From Xylographa opegraphella (Eukaryota), in the NCBI GenBank assembly GCA_022813865.1, contig JALDZX010000004.1, forward strand, positions 558,001-622,000: a stretch of DNA of 64,000 bases. Direction: 5' to 3'. Made by a program: the position numbers and the translations under genes. This document shows, piece by piece, positions 1-9,364 of the stretch. Within the stretch, counting starts at the first letter, position 1. The number at the start of each line of letters is the position of its first letter. The notes under the pieces are model-generated. The model had not been told where the DNA came from. It saw nothing but the letters and a program-made list of their open reading frames with translations, and did not search any database.

Positions 1-1462
1 AGGCGTTGGCGGGCGTGAGGAGCGGGTGCAGGATGAGGGTCGGCGTGCCGCGGGAGCCGGGGAGGGGGAGGAGGGCGAGCCCGGTGGGGATCATGTTGGT
101 GGAAGCGGAAGCGGAGGAGGACGGGGCCAGAGGCGCCGCGATGGGGGCGGCGCCCTTGCGGTGGATGTAGACCTCGCGCGTGTGGTCCGCGGGCGGAGCG
201 TTGGGGGCCGAGGGCGGCCAGGAGGTGCGCTCGACGCTGTTGTGGCAGAGGTCGACGACCCTGCGGGCCTGGACGGCACGGCGGGCGGCGCGGACGTCCG
301 CGGTGGGGCAGGGCTTTGGGGCCGCGAGGGCGTCGGTGCGGCCGAGAGCCCAGGCGTCGTGGCCGGGCTCGAGGCAGGCCAGGAAACGCAGGGCGATGAG
401 GTCCCGGTTACAGGCCGCCCACGCGCACGCGCGGTCGTGCTCGGCGAGGTAGGCACGCGCGTGGGGTTCGGCCGCACGCATGCTGGTGGCGGCGTCGCCG
501 GTGCCGCTGTGCCGCTTGAGCACGTCGCTGCCGTAGCCGCGGGAGCCGGAGTGGACGAGGAGGACGACGTCGCCGGCGTGCAGCATGCCGGCCTCGCCGC
601 GGGTGTTGGTGGCTTGCCACGCGCCCGGGAGGACTTCTTCGACGACCTGGATCTCCGCGAAGTGGTTCCCCGCGCCGATGGTGCCGAGGGTGGCGTCCCA
701 TGCTTCGCCCGCGCTGGCGGTTGGGGGTGGTGGTGGGTCGATGGACGAGGAGGCAGCGGTGTGACTCGGAGACGAATCTTCTTCGTCGCTCAGCCACGCT
801 TCTCGGTCGAGCTGAGTCCGCCACGCCCCCTCGAGTCCCCGCAGTTTCTGGGCAACCTTGCGGCCCTTGTCGCCTTCGACGTGGGATGCCGAGAGCGTGG
901 TCTTGTACCAGGCCATGCCGCAGCCGATATCGCCCCCGATCAGCGGCGGGTGGATCCAGCCTTCGGAGACGAAGACGGCGCCGATGGGGAATTTCGTCCC
1001 GGGGTGCAGATCTGGCTGGGCGACGGCGTGGATGATCCCCGGGAGCGTGCGCGCCGTCGTTTCGAGCTGGGTGATGGAGAGAGGGTCGACGTAGGCTTTG
1101 TTGGCCATGATGTAAACTGGGTTACCGAGCGTGAGGGCGTCGAGGTCGGGGCTGATATTTTCGCCGGGGGAAGACTCTTCTTTCTTCGTGCCCACGAAGT
1201 CTTCGCCCGCTGAGATCAGAAGCACCACATCATCCTCCATACATCTCTTCCAATGCGATTCCTCGAGAAGCTCTTGCCCGGTGCTGGCCACAAAAATACG
1301 TGACCCCTTCTTGAGGCGGAGTTTGGACTGCGCAGCCTTCATCACAAGGGAATGACAGGAGCCGGGGTCACTAGGGCTGTAGGACGCAGAGCTGGGGATC
1401 AGGAGCGGACATTTTTGAGACCGATTGCTGTTCAGAGCCAAGGTGACACGTGTAGAAGGCAT
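1..1462 (-). CDS. rtcB: RtcB-family RNA ligase (RtcB2 / release-factor-H-coupled type) with N-terminal DCX/ubiquitin-like domain; 3' end runs off the window
   Basis: Manual translation from ATG 1462 is open to position 1 (487 codons, no intron): MPSTRVTLALN...KAAQSKLRLKKGSRIFVASTGQEL...DDVVLLISAGEDFVG...QPDLHPGTKFPIG...IGGDIGCGM...LGTIGAGNHFAEIQ...LLVHSGSRGYG...VDLCHN...YIHRKGAAP...LPGSRG. These are the RtcB motifs in the expected order. Absent from the ORF track because there is no stop in the window. Confidence 0.93.
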   Translation of the reverse strand, partial: MPSTRVTLALNSNRSQKCPLLIPSSASYSPSDPGSCHSLVMKAAQSKLRLKKGSRIFVASTGQELLEESHWKRCMEDDVVLLISAGEDFVGTKKEESSPGENISPDLDALTLGNPVYIMANKAYVDPLSITQLETTARTLPGIIHAVAQPDLHPGTKFPIGAVFVSEGWIHPPLIGGDIGCGMAWYKTTLSASHVEGDKGRKVAQKLRGLEGAWRTQLDREAWLSDEEDSSPSHTAASSSIDPPPPPTASAGEAWDATLGTIGAGNHFAEIQVVEEVLPGAWQATNTRGEAGMLHAGDVVLLVHSGSRGYGSDVLKRHSGTGDAATSMRAAEPHARAYLAEHDRACAWAACNRDLIALRFLACLEPGHDAWALGRTDALAAPKPCPTADVRAARRAVQARRVVDLCHNSVERTSWPPSAPNAPPADHTREVYIHRKGAAPIAAPLAPSSSASASTNMIPTGLALLPLPGSRGTPTLILHPLLTPANA

Positions 1463-2051
1463 GTTTTACAAAGAAGACACCAGAGTGCAGCTCTTGACAG
1501 TGGGGAGAAATTAGGTAGCTCTCGTGCAGCGATGGATAAGAAACTTCCTTTTCAGGTATGTGTGAGAAGCAATAATGAGAAAAACTATACCAGTCTGCAG
1601 GTACAGGTTTATGAGAGATGATGATAGAATCGCAACTATAGAAGTTGTGTTGATTGCACTCAATTTTGAGTCATACCTCAAACACTCAGCCACCACACGT
1701 GCGAAGCGGGATAGTAATTATATCATGAGTTTGTGGACGAAGAAATGCTTCAAATACAAGGTAGGAACTCCGGCACAAGATGGTCAAAGCGATGGATGTT
1801 TCACTTCCTTGGTAGAGATTAGTCTGTGCTCGATGACAGAAGTGAGGTACGTGTCGTGACGAACTTTAGCGTCATAATACATCTTGATATATCCAGTGCA
1901 TCTTATACGAAGATTCGACGTCGCTACAGCAAGACTTCGAACTCCTTCCGAACCCAGTCAACCCATAGAACATCCCATATATACAGAATTCGTTAAGTAT
2001 GCACATCTACCGTATGAACCGCTCTAACAAGTATTTCCAGTCGTTCGTGTT

Positions 2052-4457
2052 TTACCACCCATCTGCTCTGACGCCCTCAATCACCAAGTCGACGCCTTTG
2101 ACTGGGTGCAGGAGAACACCGGGTAAGCACATCCTGCCCTCGCCGGCGAGTTCCTCCTCTTCCCCGCCGTCGTTATCCACCCTGTAGCCCAGCCATCGTC
2201 TCCATAGATTACCCGAAAATCCTGCGTTATAGTACCATGTCGTTCCACGGAAGTTGTGCTGTCTGCTATCACCAAATACACTGGTCCGTGAGCCTCCGCT
2301 GGCGCCGTTTTTACCTCCGTTCATAACACCAGCAAGATAGCTCGTGGGCCAATTACGATCGATAAACACCGGGTGAGGGACATAAACGGCTTTCAGGCCG
2401 TGGTGCAATGCACAGGAGGCGGGCCACATTTCCGAAAACATCGTATGCCGCTGTAGCGCAACTTCTTTGTGCATCGTGACCAGAAGCCGCTTCGATAAGC
2501 GGGAGGCTGTGATGACTGCTGTCCGTCGGGGCGGAAATTTCTCGGTGGTGTTGTAGCCTGTGACATCCTCCGCTAAGATCCAAGGAGTTTCGTCTGGGTC
2601 AAACATAGGATTGAGGGTAATAAGATCTGCCTCTTCCCCAACTCCCCATAAGTATTTATCCTTTTCGTGGCTTGTCGGAGGCACAGGATCATTCTCCGGC
2701 TGATAGACATCCTCCGGTGCCCGAGGGCCCCAGACGGGTGACTCGATCTGTGATTGGGAAGATCCTCCCGGGCCCTGGCCAGCTGGGCCAGGCTTCTTGC
2801 TTGTCCATAGATTATTGGAATTTTGGGCACCCATCTCGCTCTGGACTCGAACCATCTGTTTGAAGTCTTCCCATGAACCATGTACATCTGGAACGTAAAA
2901 CCGAGCGTTCCGCTCCCACAGTCCTTTCCGAGGTTGTGCTTGAGCCCACTTTCGCAGACTGTCAAACAAATGATACCAGTGACCGGTGTAACGCACGTCC
3001 ATCTCCCAGTTCCAGAAGTAGTCGTATTCGGGATGCTTGTGGGCGAAATATTGCATTGGCATGAATGTACTGCGATAGACGCCATGAACTGGAAGATCAC
3101 GGTAGTAGCTCTCGGCTAAACCCCCATAGATGAGACCCATTTGTCGCTCACTCCACAAGGTAGCCATGCCATGAAATTCCCTCGGCAGTGCATTCTCCAA
3201 CGCTCGATTGTAAGTCTCGGGATCCGCCCAAATTGGAAGATTGTCATCTTTGACATGAATTAAGAAATGTAAAGTATATTCTCCGCCCGACCCGAGCGAG
3301 AGCTCCGCGATCAACGATCGCAGATACAAAATATCTTCTTGGGTATACTGAAAGTCCCACCACGTCCGTAATACGAGTGCGGTACGCGGAAGAAGTTTTG
3401 CATTGGCTTCTTGCGTGGTACCATTGCCTGTATTTGAATCCGCTGTGTTTTCTGTGAGAGCCCCGAGTGCCAGATCATCGGACCGTTCAACGAGCATGTC
3501 TTCAAAGGCATCGCCTAGACCACCAGCAGCGGTTTTGAATCGGTGTTTGTTCTTGGCTGCGCACGCTCTTTGTGCCTTGCCCCACTGTACATTGGTATAA
3601 TCCACCTCTTGATCTACACTCCACACGTTCTCCGCACCTTCTCGTTCACCCGCCAATCCTGCTCCGATACCCCCTCTTCGCAGACTATATCCAAACCCAT
3701 ACGGACCGAGCCTCCCATACCGTTCGAAGCACATAGTGTCCAACAATCCCACTGTCCGATATGAACCCATCACGGCGTCTGGCTGACCACGAGGCACTCC
3801 CATGTATGTGTACACCTTCGGCACCCGGACTGTCTCCTGTAGATCGAGAAAGCACTCGCCTACGTGACCATACTCGAGTTGGTATGCGGAGGAGTTGTAG
3901 TCGGGGTATGGACTGAATGGTATGCTTGGAGGAGAGGCGCGGGCAGTCACCGTTGAGTTGCTGACACCAACCAGGCTGGGCTCTGCATCGCGAGGATACT
4001 CGGGAATGTTTTCAGCTCTGGCCACCAGAGTCCGTATCCCACCAAAATATCTCTCCAAGAAGTTGAAATTCTCCCATGGAGGCGGTGGTGGAGGTTTGTC
4101 TCTCAGACGTTGCGCGTCTAAGCGCCTCGACGATACGTAGCTCATCCGGATGAGAGTTAGAATGAACAGGATGACGGAGGCCATTAGCGCCAGACAAAGC
4201 CATCGTACCGTCCGGTTGGGAATTCGGTAGAAGTAGAAGGATTTCATTTTCCGTTCCGAATGTTTGCTACCCAACATTGGCTGATGCGACCCCGATATTT
4301 CTCTTGATGAATGAAGAGAGGAGTGTGCTTCATCGTCCGAGTCGAGAGACGACAACTGCGGATCAAAGTCTTCCTTCTCGAGATCGCGCGCGTTGCCCAC
4401 GTCGTAATGCTCATCATCGTCCGCTCCGTAGGATGCTCGTCTTCGTGAGCCCCGCAT
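2052..4457 (-). CDS. DUF3405-family type II membrane protein (glycosyltransferase-like)
   Basis: Single ~801-aa ORF from ATG 4457. One N-terminal TM helix (WLCLALMASVILFILTLI), then YDYFWNWEMDVRYTGHWY, ASRLS, SEMWPASCALHHGLKAVYVPHPV and LLHPVK motifs typical of DUF3405. Confidence 0.85.
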   Translation of the reverse strand: MRGSRRRASYGADDDEHYDVGNARDLEKEDFDPQLSSLDSDDEAHSSLHSSREISGSHQPMLGSKHSERKMKSFYFYRIPNRTVRWLCLALMASVILFILTLIRMSYVSSRRLDAQRLRDKPPPPPPWENFNFLERYFGGIRTLVARAENIPEYPRDAEPSLVGVSNSTVTARASPPSIPFSPYPDYNSSAYQLEYGHVGECFLDLQETVRVPKVYTYMGVPRGQPDAVMGSYRTVGLLDTMCFERYGRLGPYGFGYSLRRGGIGAGLAGEREGAENVWSVDQEVDYTNVQWGKAQRACAAKNKHRFKTAAGGLGDAFEDMLVERSDDLALGALTENTADSNTGNGTTQEANAKLLPRTALVLRTWWDFQYTQEDILYLRSLIAELSLGSGGEYTLHFLIHVKDDNLPIWADPETYNRALENALPREFHGMATLWSERQMGLIYGGLAESYYRDLPVHGVYRSTFMPMQYFAHKHPEYDYFWNWEMDVRYTGHWYHLFDSLRKWAQAQPRKGLWERNARFYVPDVHGSWEDFKQMVRVQSEMGAQNSNNLWTSKKPGPAGQGPGGSSQSQIESPVWGPRAPEDVYQPENDPVPPTSHEKDKYLWGVGEEADLITLNPMFDPDETPWILAEDVTGYNTTEKFPPRRTAVITASRLSKRLLVTMHKEVALQRHTMFSEMWPASCALHHGLKAVYVPHPVFIDRNWPTSYLAGVMNGGKNGASGGSRTSVFGDSRQHNFRGTTWYYNAGFSGNLWRRWLGYRVDNDGGEEEELAGEGRMCLPGVLLHPVKGVDLVIEGVRADGW

Positions 4458-6590
4458 CACCACAACCTCACCACGTCAAGATGGGCGTGTGTAGCCCACT
4501 GTCTGCATACCTTGTGGTGCAGACTGGATACGGGGCAACGATTGCAAGGCAATCAATCCGAGGTGATTGCCGCAGATGATGCACCGTGATTGATATGTCT
4601 CGCTCTCGTAAGTACTATGAGACCAAGTATGTACAATGAAATGGAGCAAATAGCAGAAAGCGGGTTGCCCTAGATGGATGCAGCGAGCGTGAAGTTGATC
4701 AGCTGCTTTGCTCCTTATCGTTGGCGTTGTTGAGGATGAGACTTTGCCCGGAAGTCGGCGGCATTTTCGCCCGGGTGGGACAGAATTCATGCCTAAAGTA
4801 GTCAGGGACAAGGGGAGAGTGAGTGTTTCCATCCACGCTTCTTCTCTGCTTCCATGGCAGTCGTTTGATTAAAGCAGGCTGCCACTGTTTCACCGGAAGA
4901 ATAAAGCTTCACTCGGTGGAATGGTGTAACCTAGACTACCTATATGGTGAAGAAGTGGCATGGGAAGAGAATGCTCACGCGGGTTGTTTGTTGGTGGCTT
5001 ATGCGGATTACATCCTGGGAGGATTCAGGGGAGGAGCCGTCGGGACTTTTGGTAGACAGACAATGACAGACAGCCAGTGCCTGTTCTGTTTGGTCTATCC
5101 TCGTTATTCCTCAACGTGCACTCGGAACAGATAGAATACATGGGTGACTGCACTATATATACTATCCTGAATTCATAGCATGTCAGGATTCTCATTGGCG
5201 GATATATTGTCTCCACAGCCAGTCCTCAATCGGCTTCGTAACACTGCCGTATCGCCCCGTTTGGGTCTTTGAGCTCTGATGGCTCCAAGCTGTAGACTCA
5301 GCCAAGTGCACTCAATGCACCTGTCGGCACACTCTCGCATACCTCATGCTGGGTCGCCCGGGGACGAAAGGTCCATGAATGAGGCACTTCCACGTACGCC
5401 CGTGCACTGAAGCTGCAGTGGCGCGCGATGGGATATCCAGCAGCGAGGCAGCGTGCAGCGAAGAAGCGGTGTCGGACTGGAACTGTGGGTCGAAGTGATC
5501 TCCCGTCCATTCTCCCTATTACGAAGTCGGTGTTCCAAACGATCTACCGGGCTGCAGCCGGGAAGGAAACACTCTCAATACCACCTAATACCGCCATTTG
5601 AGCGCTCCTCACGCCACATCGTGACCCCCCGCAGCCGCCGACAGCACGTGAGGTGCGCTGTCACGAGCAGATGCCCGGTTTTCCAACACGGCCAAGAGAT
5701 AGACTGATAAAATGAATACCTCGTCGCTGTTTCGTGACCTGAAGATTGGCATCCAGCTCGGAAGTCACAGTCAAAAGGTATACTTATTGTGCGTCTTGCT
5801 TTTAGCGTGCGTGAAGACTCAACGTCAATCCATCCATTCCACGATCACTTCTTGCTGCCCATCGTGAACAAGCGCGTCTTTTATCCTTTGCAGCTGGCTT
5901 CGGTCATAGTTGTGTCAGTGGCTCCGCCGGCTTCTCTTATCCTGGCCCCTGCTGGCCCTTGTACCTGACTTAATCGACCTGACATCCCCTCGTGCTGTAT
6001 CTTTCGTCTTCAAGACCCAAGTCACCACGGCCTCGCTGAGTGCAATTGATTGAGAAGTCCATTGAAATATCGACCGTGGCTGTCAGCACATCACCGCAGT
6101 AGCGACAGCAGGTGGGGCCAACTGCACCGGAAATCTCACGCTCTCAGTCACCGATTTGCTCACTGCTCACTTCCACGAGCCTCCCTTTGCATTCACCAAC
6201 CGGATCCTCTTCCGTTCTGCTCCAACGTCCATCTGACATCACACCCAGCTCCTCTACCGTCACACCCACCTTTCTTACCTGGCAGGACCTGTGTTCCACT
6301 TCAGCTGCTTCGGATCGGCAATTTGTCAGAAACAAACACACGCTTTGGACCGTCGACCTTCGTACTTAAAACCGGTCTGTCTCTAGTGAGGCGCGGAAGG
6401 AAGAGTTCAACTCTGTCGAGAACGGGAGCTGGCCGTGGGATTTTTACCGTCCCCTCAGACCCAGGTACTTCCATCACTCTTGGAACTCCTCTAACACAGG
6501 CCACAGGCATTGCCCCAAAAAGTACTCTGGCACAAGCTAAGCTCGAACATACCCCTCTCCCTTATAAGCTGCCCAGCCATAAGATTGACC

Positions 6591-6602
6591 ATGAATCCAT
6601 AG
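6591..6602 (+). promoter_or_regulatory. 3-codon uORF (M-N-P-stop) upstream of the luciferase-like gene
   Basis: gaccATG AAT CCA TAG with A at -3. It is the only ATG on the + strand between 5715 and the main ATG at 6653. Confidence 0.5.
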
Positions 6603-6652
6603 GTACTTTGTCTTTCTCCCGATCCGTAGAGAACTGACTTCTCACATTCACC

Positions 6653-7702
6653 ATGGCAGCCCTATCTAGCCAGCTCCAAGGCCTGCTGTCCGATAAGGCC
6701 GGTGCGGCCAGCTTCATTGCCGGGACTGTATCCACTAACGGCCGGCTCAACTATCTTGCTACCGCTGGTCCTCTGTCAGGCGGCTCCCTCCTCAGCTACT
6801 TCATCTACTCCACTCTTCTCATTCCGATCGTGGTTCCGATCTACCGCCTCATCCAGAAAGACTACAATGCCTTCCTGGCATTGGGTCCCGGGGGTACGCC
6901 AAGCACCTTCAATGGCTATCTATGGGTGACCTTCTTACGTCTCGTCTTTGCCCGCTCGGACATCTACACGGCCCCTCAGCTAACGCCATATGAACATCCG
7001 GCCCAAGGCTATCTACAGGATATCCCTCAGCGGATTGGCGAACGGCCCAAAGTAGCAGGAATCGCACCTCATCGACAGGTAACTCAGAAAGGGTCCAAAG
7101 TGATGCTCGCTGCACTCACGGCTGCTATCTATGAAATCAAAGCTGCCAATCCACTGCTGCTTGCAACTGGAGTCTCCTGCTTTGAACAGCATAACCTTGC
7201 TCTCTTTTTCTCCCCTCATTCGGCCGAGATCCAAACGTCTCCCACAACGTCTCTCAAGCTGCTCCCCCCACCGGCAGTCAATCCGCGAGCGGTTAGGACG
7301 AACTCTCTTCAAAACCTCAACTCGTATAGCGCTGCATGTGAACACCCAGCCGAAGACAATGCCGCGGTCGTATCGAAGTTTAACACGTGTGACCACCCAG
7401 CCGAAATAGTCCACCTGCATACCACAGAAGCCAGTATGCACCTTACCTTGCACCCTTCGGATGCTGCTTTAGTCATCAGTCGTGGTTGGGGTGAACGGCA
7501 TCCGCTTGCCGGTCGTGGTCCATGGGTGCCCAAGGGTTTCATGATGGTCTACGCTCCGCGCACGATGGAGGAGTTGGATGTTCTGAGGTGCATTATCAGG
7601 GCCTCAGGATGGTGGGTTGGCGGATGTTTATTGCGAGATCTTCCCAACAGTGGAGTGCAGGATAAGACGAACTCCATGGGTCTGAATCAGGCTATCACTT
7701 AA
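6653..7702 (+). CDS. Fungal luciferase-domain (Luz-like, PF17648/DUF5519-type) protein
   Basis: 349-aa ORF with strong caccATGg context and an N-terminal TM segment. Motifs DYNAFLALGPGGTP, RPKVAGIAPHRQ, EIVHLHTTEASMHLTLHPSDA..VISRGWGERHPLAG and MVYAPRT.EEL. Confidence 0.8.
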   Translation: MAALSSQLQGLLSDKAGAASFIAGTVSTNGRLNYLATAGPLSGGSLLSYFIYSTLLIPIVVPIYRLIQKDYNAFLALGPGGTPSTFNGYLWVTFLRLVFARSDIYTAPQLTPYEHPAQGYLQDIPQRIGERPKVAGIAPHRQVTQKGSKVMLAALTAAIYEIKAANPLLLATGVSCFEQHNLALFFSPHSAEIQTSPTTSLKLLPPPAVNPRAVRTNSLQNLNSYSAACEHPAEDNAAVVSKFNTCDHPAEIVHLHTTEASMHLTLHPSDAALVISRGWGERHPLAGRGPWVPKGFMMVYAPRTMEELDVLRCIIRASGWWVGGCLLRDLPNSGVQDKTNSMGLNQAIT

Positions 7703-8342
7703 GCCAACGTGTGGCCGCGAGAGACTCTCATAGTGCTCCGTACGTCACCGAGCTTCCAGGACCACTCTCACGGAACTTGCCTCTACGGACATCCATCAAT
7801 TTCTCAACGACGCATCAGCTATACTCCGCGTTATGAGGAAAACTCTGGCTGAAAGTGTGCTTCTCCCCGGTCTCGGTGAGTCGATCACAAATGACGGCAA
7901 AAAGGTGGCATTCTCGAACTCTTTGCGTGCACGATTCCCTTGCTTCACTTCTCTTAGCGGGCGTCAGCCATCCGAGCTACAGGCGAGCGACTGCGGCATT
8001 TCTATCCCATTTGCAGCAGTGGCGCTTCCACATTGGTGTCTTTCGAGATGGCTATGAGGGTTAGATCGGAATGGGACACGGGATATTGCCTGCTTTACTA
8101 GATTGTCTTCCCGAATTCGAAATATATTTTCTAATGCGTCTCGATGAGTGTCCTGCGTGCTGCTGCATTGTGTCTGCAATAATGGCAGCTTGATTATGCT
8201 CTTCCTATCCCATCTTCCACATGCAAAAATTCTCTCCTATCTCACAACGCCACCCCTACCTTCCACGTAAGCAGCCCACAACCCTGACACATTTCCGCTT
8301 CACTCGCCGCTTGCCTCCGATACCATACGTCGCAGGACACCC

Positions 8343-8622
8343 CCACCCAGCCCGTTATCGCTGACACCCAACCTCACCCTTTCCCCCCCTTCAGCGTGAC
8401 CCATCCGGCCCCTCCACTATCCACACTTCCACCCTCCCAACCCCATCCTTCTCCAGAAACTGCTCACGAAACCAGAGAGGGCAAAATCGCTCCGTCCGCG
8501 ACGCAGCCGGGCGCTTGCAAAGCAAAGCGAACGGGAACCGGGGGATGGGGTTGGGAATGGGACATTTAGGGGGGCGAGGAGGCTGTGTTTGTCAGCTGGT
8601 GGTTACACGAGCGAGTGGGTGG
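8343..8622. repeat. Nested imperfect inverted repeat (fold-back)
   Basis: tcccaaccccatcc (8435-8448) / ggatggggttggga (8543-8556) is a perfect 14-bp pair. Outer pairs are gctgaca 8360-8366 / tgtcagc 8590-8596 and ccaccca 8343-8349 / tgggtgg 8616-8622. Confidence 0.6.
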
Positions 8623-8646
8623 TGCTGGTGCTGGCTTTTGCGGGTT

Positions 8647-8696
8647 TGGTGTGGTGTGGTGTGGTGTGGTGTGGTGTTGTGTTGTGTTGTGTTGTG
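8647..8696. repeat. Pentanucleotide microsatellite, (TGGTG)n grading into (TTGTG)n
   Basis: About 10 tandem 5-mers read directly from the sequence. Confidence 0.9.
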
Positions 8697-9364
8697 GTGG
8701 GGAGGGTTCATGTATACTCGCTGTCAGATTTCTTCGTTGATATGGTAAGGTACCGGGTAAGTAGGGAAATGCCCCTGTGCTGATGCTTCCCATCACGACT
8801 GAGGTAGGTACCCTCGATTTCTCAGCACCGGTTCTGTAGTGGGATGGGCCGGTGGGGTCCTATATTGTGATTGTGGTTCAAATATAGTGGTGCTGTAATT
8901 TATCTTATTAGATCCGGTCAATAGTTCACTAGTAAAACATTGTATTGTGCTTGTTCACGCATGCACACGAACTGCAATCTCAGAAATCTCTGAAAACGTT
9001 ATTCCTATATACAAAGAATCCGACAAACGGCGGGAATTCGCCGCACGCAGCGTCCCACGTACTGGAAGCTTTCTCGAAACTGCCAAACAAAGAATAGCTG
9101 CGGATACCGTTGTTGAAGACGAGCCACCGATCGTGTGAAAAAGAGGTCATCGCGACAGATGCAAAGTGGTATACGACTTTTTTGGTGGTACAAACCGGTA
9201 CAGGTGTTGAGACCTGATGAAATAGAGACGAGACGAATCTGAGCACTCGGGTATTTTTGACCCGTTTTGATGGCGAAGAGATCCGATGCACGCTCCACAA
9301 ACCTGGGGCGAGTGTACCTCGGAATGCGCACCCAGGACACCTTGGCGGTTCGTTACTAGAAGGC

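Noticed and set aside
1..1200. High GC taken as evidence of bacterial contamination or recent horizontal transfer
   Set aside because: The 5' part of the same ORF has host-like composition, and equally GC-rich islands occur in native genes (SR140-like, ERG13).
26..1213. 395-aa plus-strand ORF and other overlapping ORFs
   Set aside because: Antisense shadows of the GC-rich RtcB2 frame; no motifs of their own.
5290..5330. GGTG...CTGAG resembling the 5' half of a TPP riboswitch (minus strand)
   Set aside because: The 3' consensus half is absent and no thiamine gene is adjacent.
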